DNA of 63,657 bases, the filler included, from Basidiobolus ranarum (lineage: Eukaryota): assembly GCA_040143965.1 (NCBI GenBank). It is 50 parts of 50 records of this genome, joined end to end, with 100 filler letters (N's around TTAATTAATTAA, not from the genome) between each part and the next. Parts side by side here need not be neighbours in the genome. Positions count along the whole stretch, not along the records: positions 62,489 to 63,657 come from JASJQH010013036.1; 49 more parts are not named here. One strand, 5' to 3'. Shown here one piece after another: positions 62,645 to 63,657 of the stretch; within the stretch, counting starts at the first letter, position 1; each line of letters opens with the position of its first letter. The notes under the pieces are model-generated. The model saw nothing but the letters and a program-made list of their open reading frames with translations, was not told the origin of the DNA and did no database searches. The translations under genes and the position numbers were made by a program.

Positions 62645-63436
62645 TTGAAGATAGGAGATCTATGACAGGAAATTTATTTCTTTGCTATAATGCAGCTCTT
62701 TCTTGGAATTCAAAGAAACAACCTACTGTATACTATAAACAACAGAAGCAGAATACCTGGTTGCCTGTGAAGCTACAAAAGAAGCAATATGGTTGCCAAA
62801 CTCTTAACAGACTTAGATTATCTTCAAATTCACCAACTACAAAATTTCTGGATAATCAATGTTATATCAAATTAGCTAAAATCCCATGATTCTTAATAGA
62901 AGCAAACAAATGGATATGAGATATCACTTCATTAGAGAGACTATAGAGAATAAGTTTATTAACTTAACTTATTGTTCTACTGAAGACATGATTGCTGATA
63001 TATTAACCAAACCATTAGCTAGACATAAATTTGATAAATTTAGACCTTCCTTGGGATTAATTTATATGACTATTTAGTTGAGAGAGAGTGTTGACATTAG
63101 CATTTCCTAAGCACCTATATAGTTATATATAGCTTAGTACTTGGTGATCTAATATTTCATTATGATATTATCTTTTATTCTCAATTGGTATTTACTTTGA
63201 ATATTCTTACCAACTTAGAAGTTCTCAGACATATAGATTTTTCAAACTTGTGCAAGAAGCCCAAAACTCTGTACTCATGTCCCTGAGAATTTTGTTAACA
63301 CATTCTGCTTGTTAGCTTGCTTATATCTTGACAAAACCATAAATTTCAACTTTCTAATTAATAAATCAACAAGTGGAAATTTCCAATTTCTCTAATTCCC
63401 CAAACCACTTCCAACAAGCTCCCAAATACTCTAACG
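62645..63436 (+). mobile_element. Ty1/copia RNase H, PPT and 3' LTR (63089-63436)
   Basis: SWNSKKQPTV, ADILTKPL, GAGAGAGAG followed by TGTTGA. Confidence 0.88.
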
Positions 63437-63439
63437 TTT

Positions 63440-63657
63440 TCTTCATTCTCTTAGTTGGATCCTAATTTGCATAAATCTTCATCCTGGAGTCTGCCAAATC
63501 TATAATTTAAGGTCAAATTTTCAGTTCTTGATTCTAGAGCCATTAGTAGGCTTTGAAACTTGTGTGGAAGGCTATTCAGGACTGTAACTATGATATCCTG
63601 ATCAGTAGTAGGTTCTCCAATGCATTTCATTTCATCCACTAAAATAGTGACTCTATT
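63440..63657 (-). mobile_element. Ty1/copia gag (UBN2-like) fragment
   Basis: VLNSLPHKFQSLLMALES. Confidence 0.75.

Overview
This window is not contiguous genome. It is an artificial concatenation of 50 small contigs (about 1182 down to 1169 bp, sorted by length) joined by 49 identical 100-bp linkers (N44-TTAATTAATTAA-N44), so adjacency across linkers is meaningless. The DNA is eukaryotic (GT-AG introns) and probably from a repeat-rich fungus, possibly an early-diverging lineage (inference). Most contigs are nested, decayed, CpG-poor transposon debris: several Ty1/copia families with LTRs, Ty3/gypsy (including a chromovirus), and an abundant CMC/EnSpm (Transposase_21) DNA transposon that can be reconstructed with CCCTAACA(A/G)AAAT termini and two divergent ORFs. 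Host gene fragments include PUS7, two head-to-head HPPD copies, two CAP/SCP proteins, an NRPS C-A fragment, a Gly/Asn/Asp repeat protein, and pseudogenes of a sugar transporter and an SUV39/Clr4-type SET protein. The standout is contig 52331-53501, an intact, compositionally alien, fused RNA triphosphatase-guanylyltransferase capping enzyme of the type used by large DNA viruses and cytoplasmic linear plasmids. Next is a family of 5'-truncated units sharing a hairpin-TTTT-CCCTAA 3' end and joined through telomere-type repeats, a candidate telomeric retroelement.
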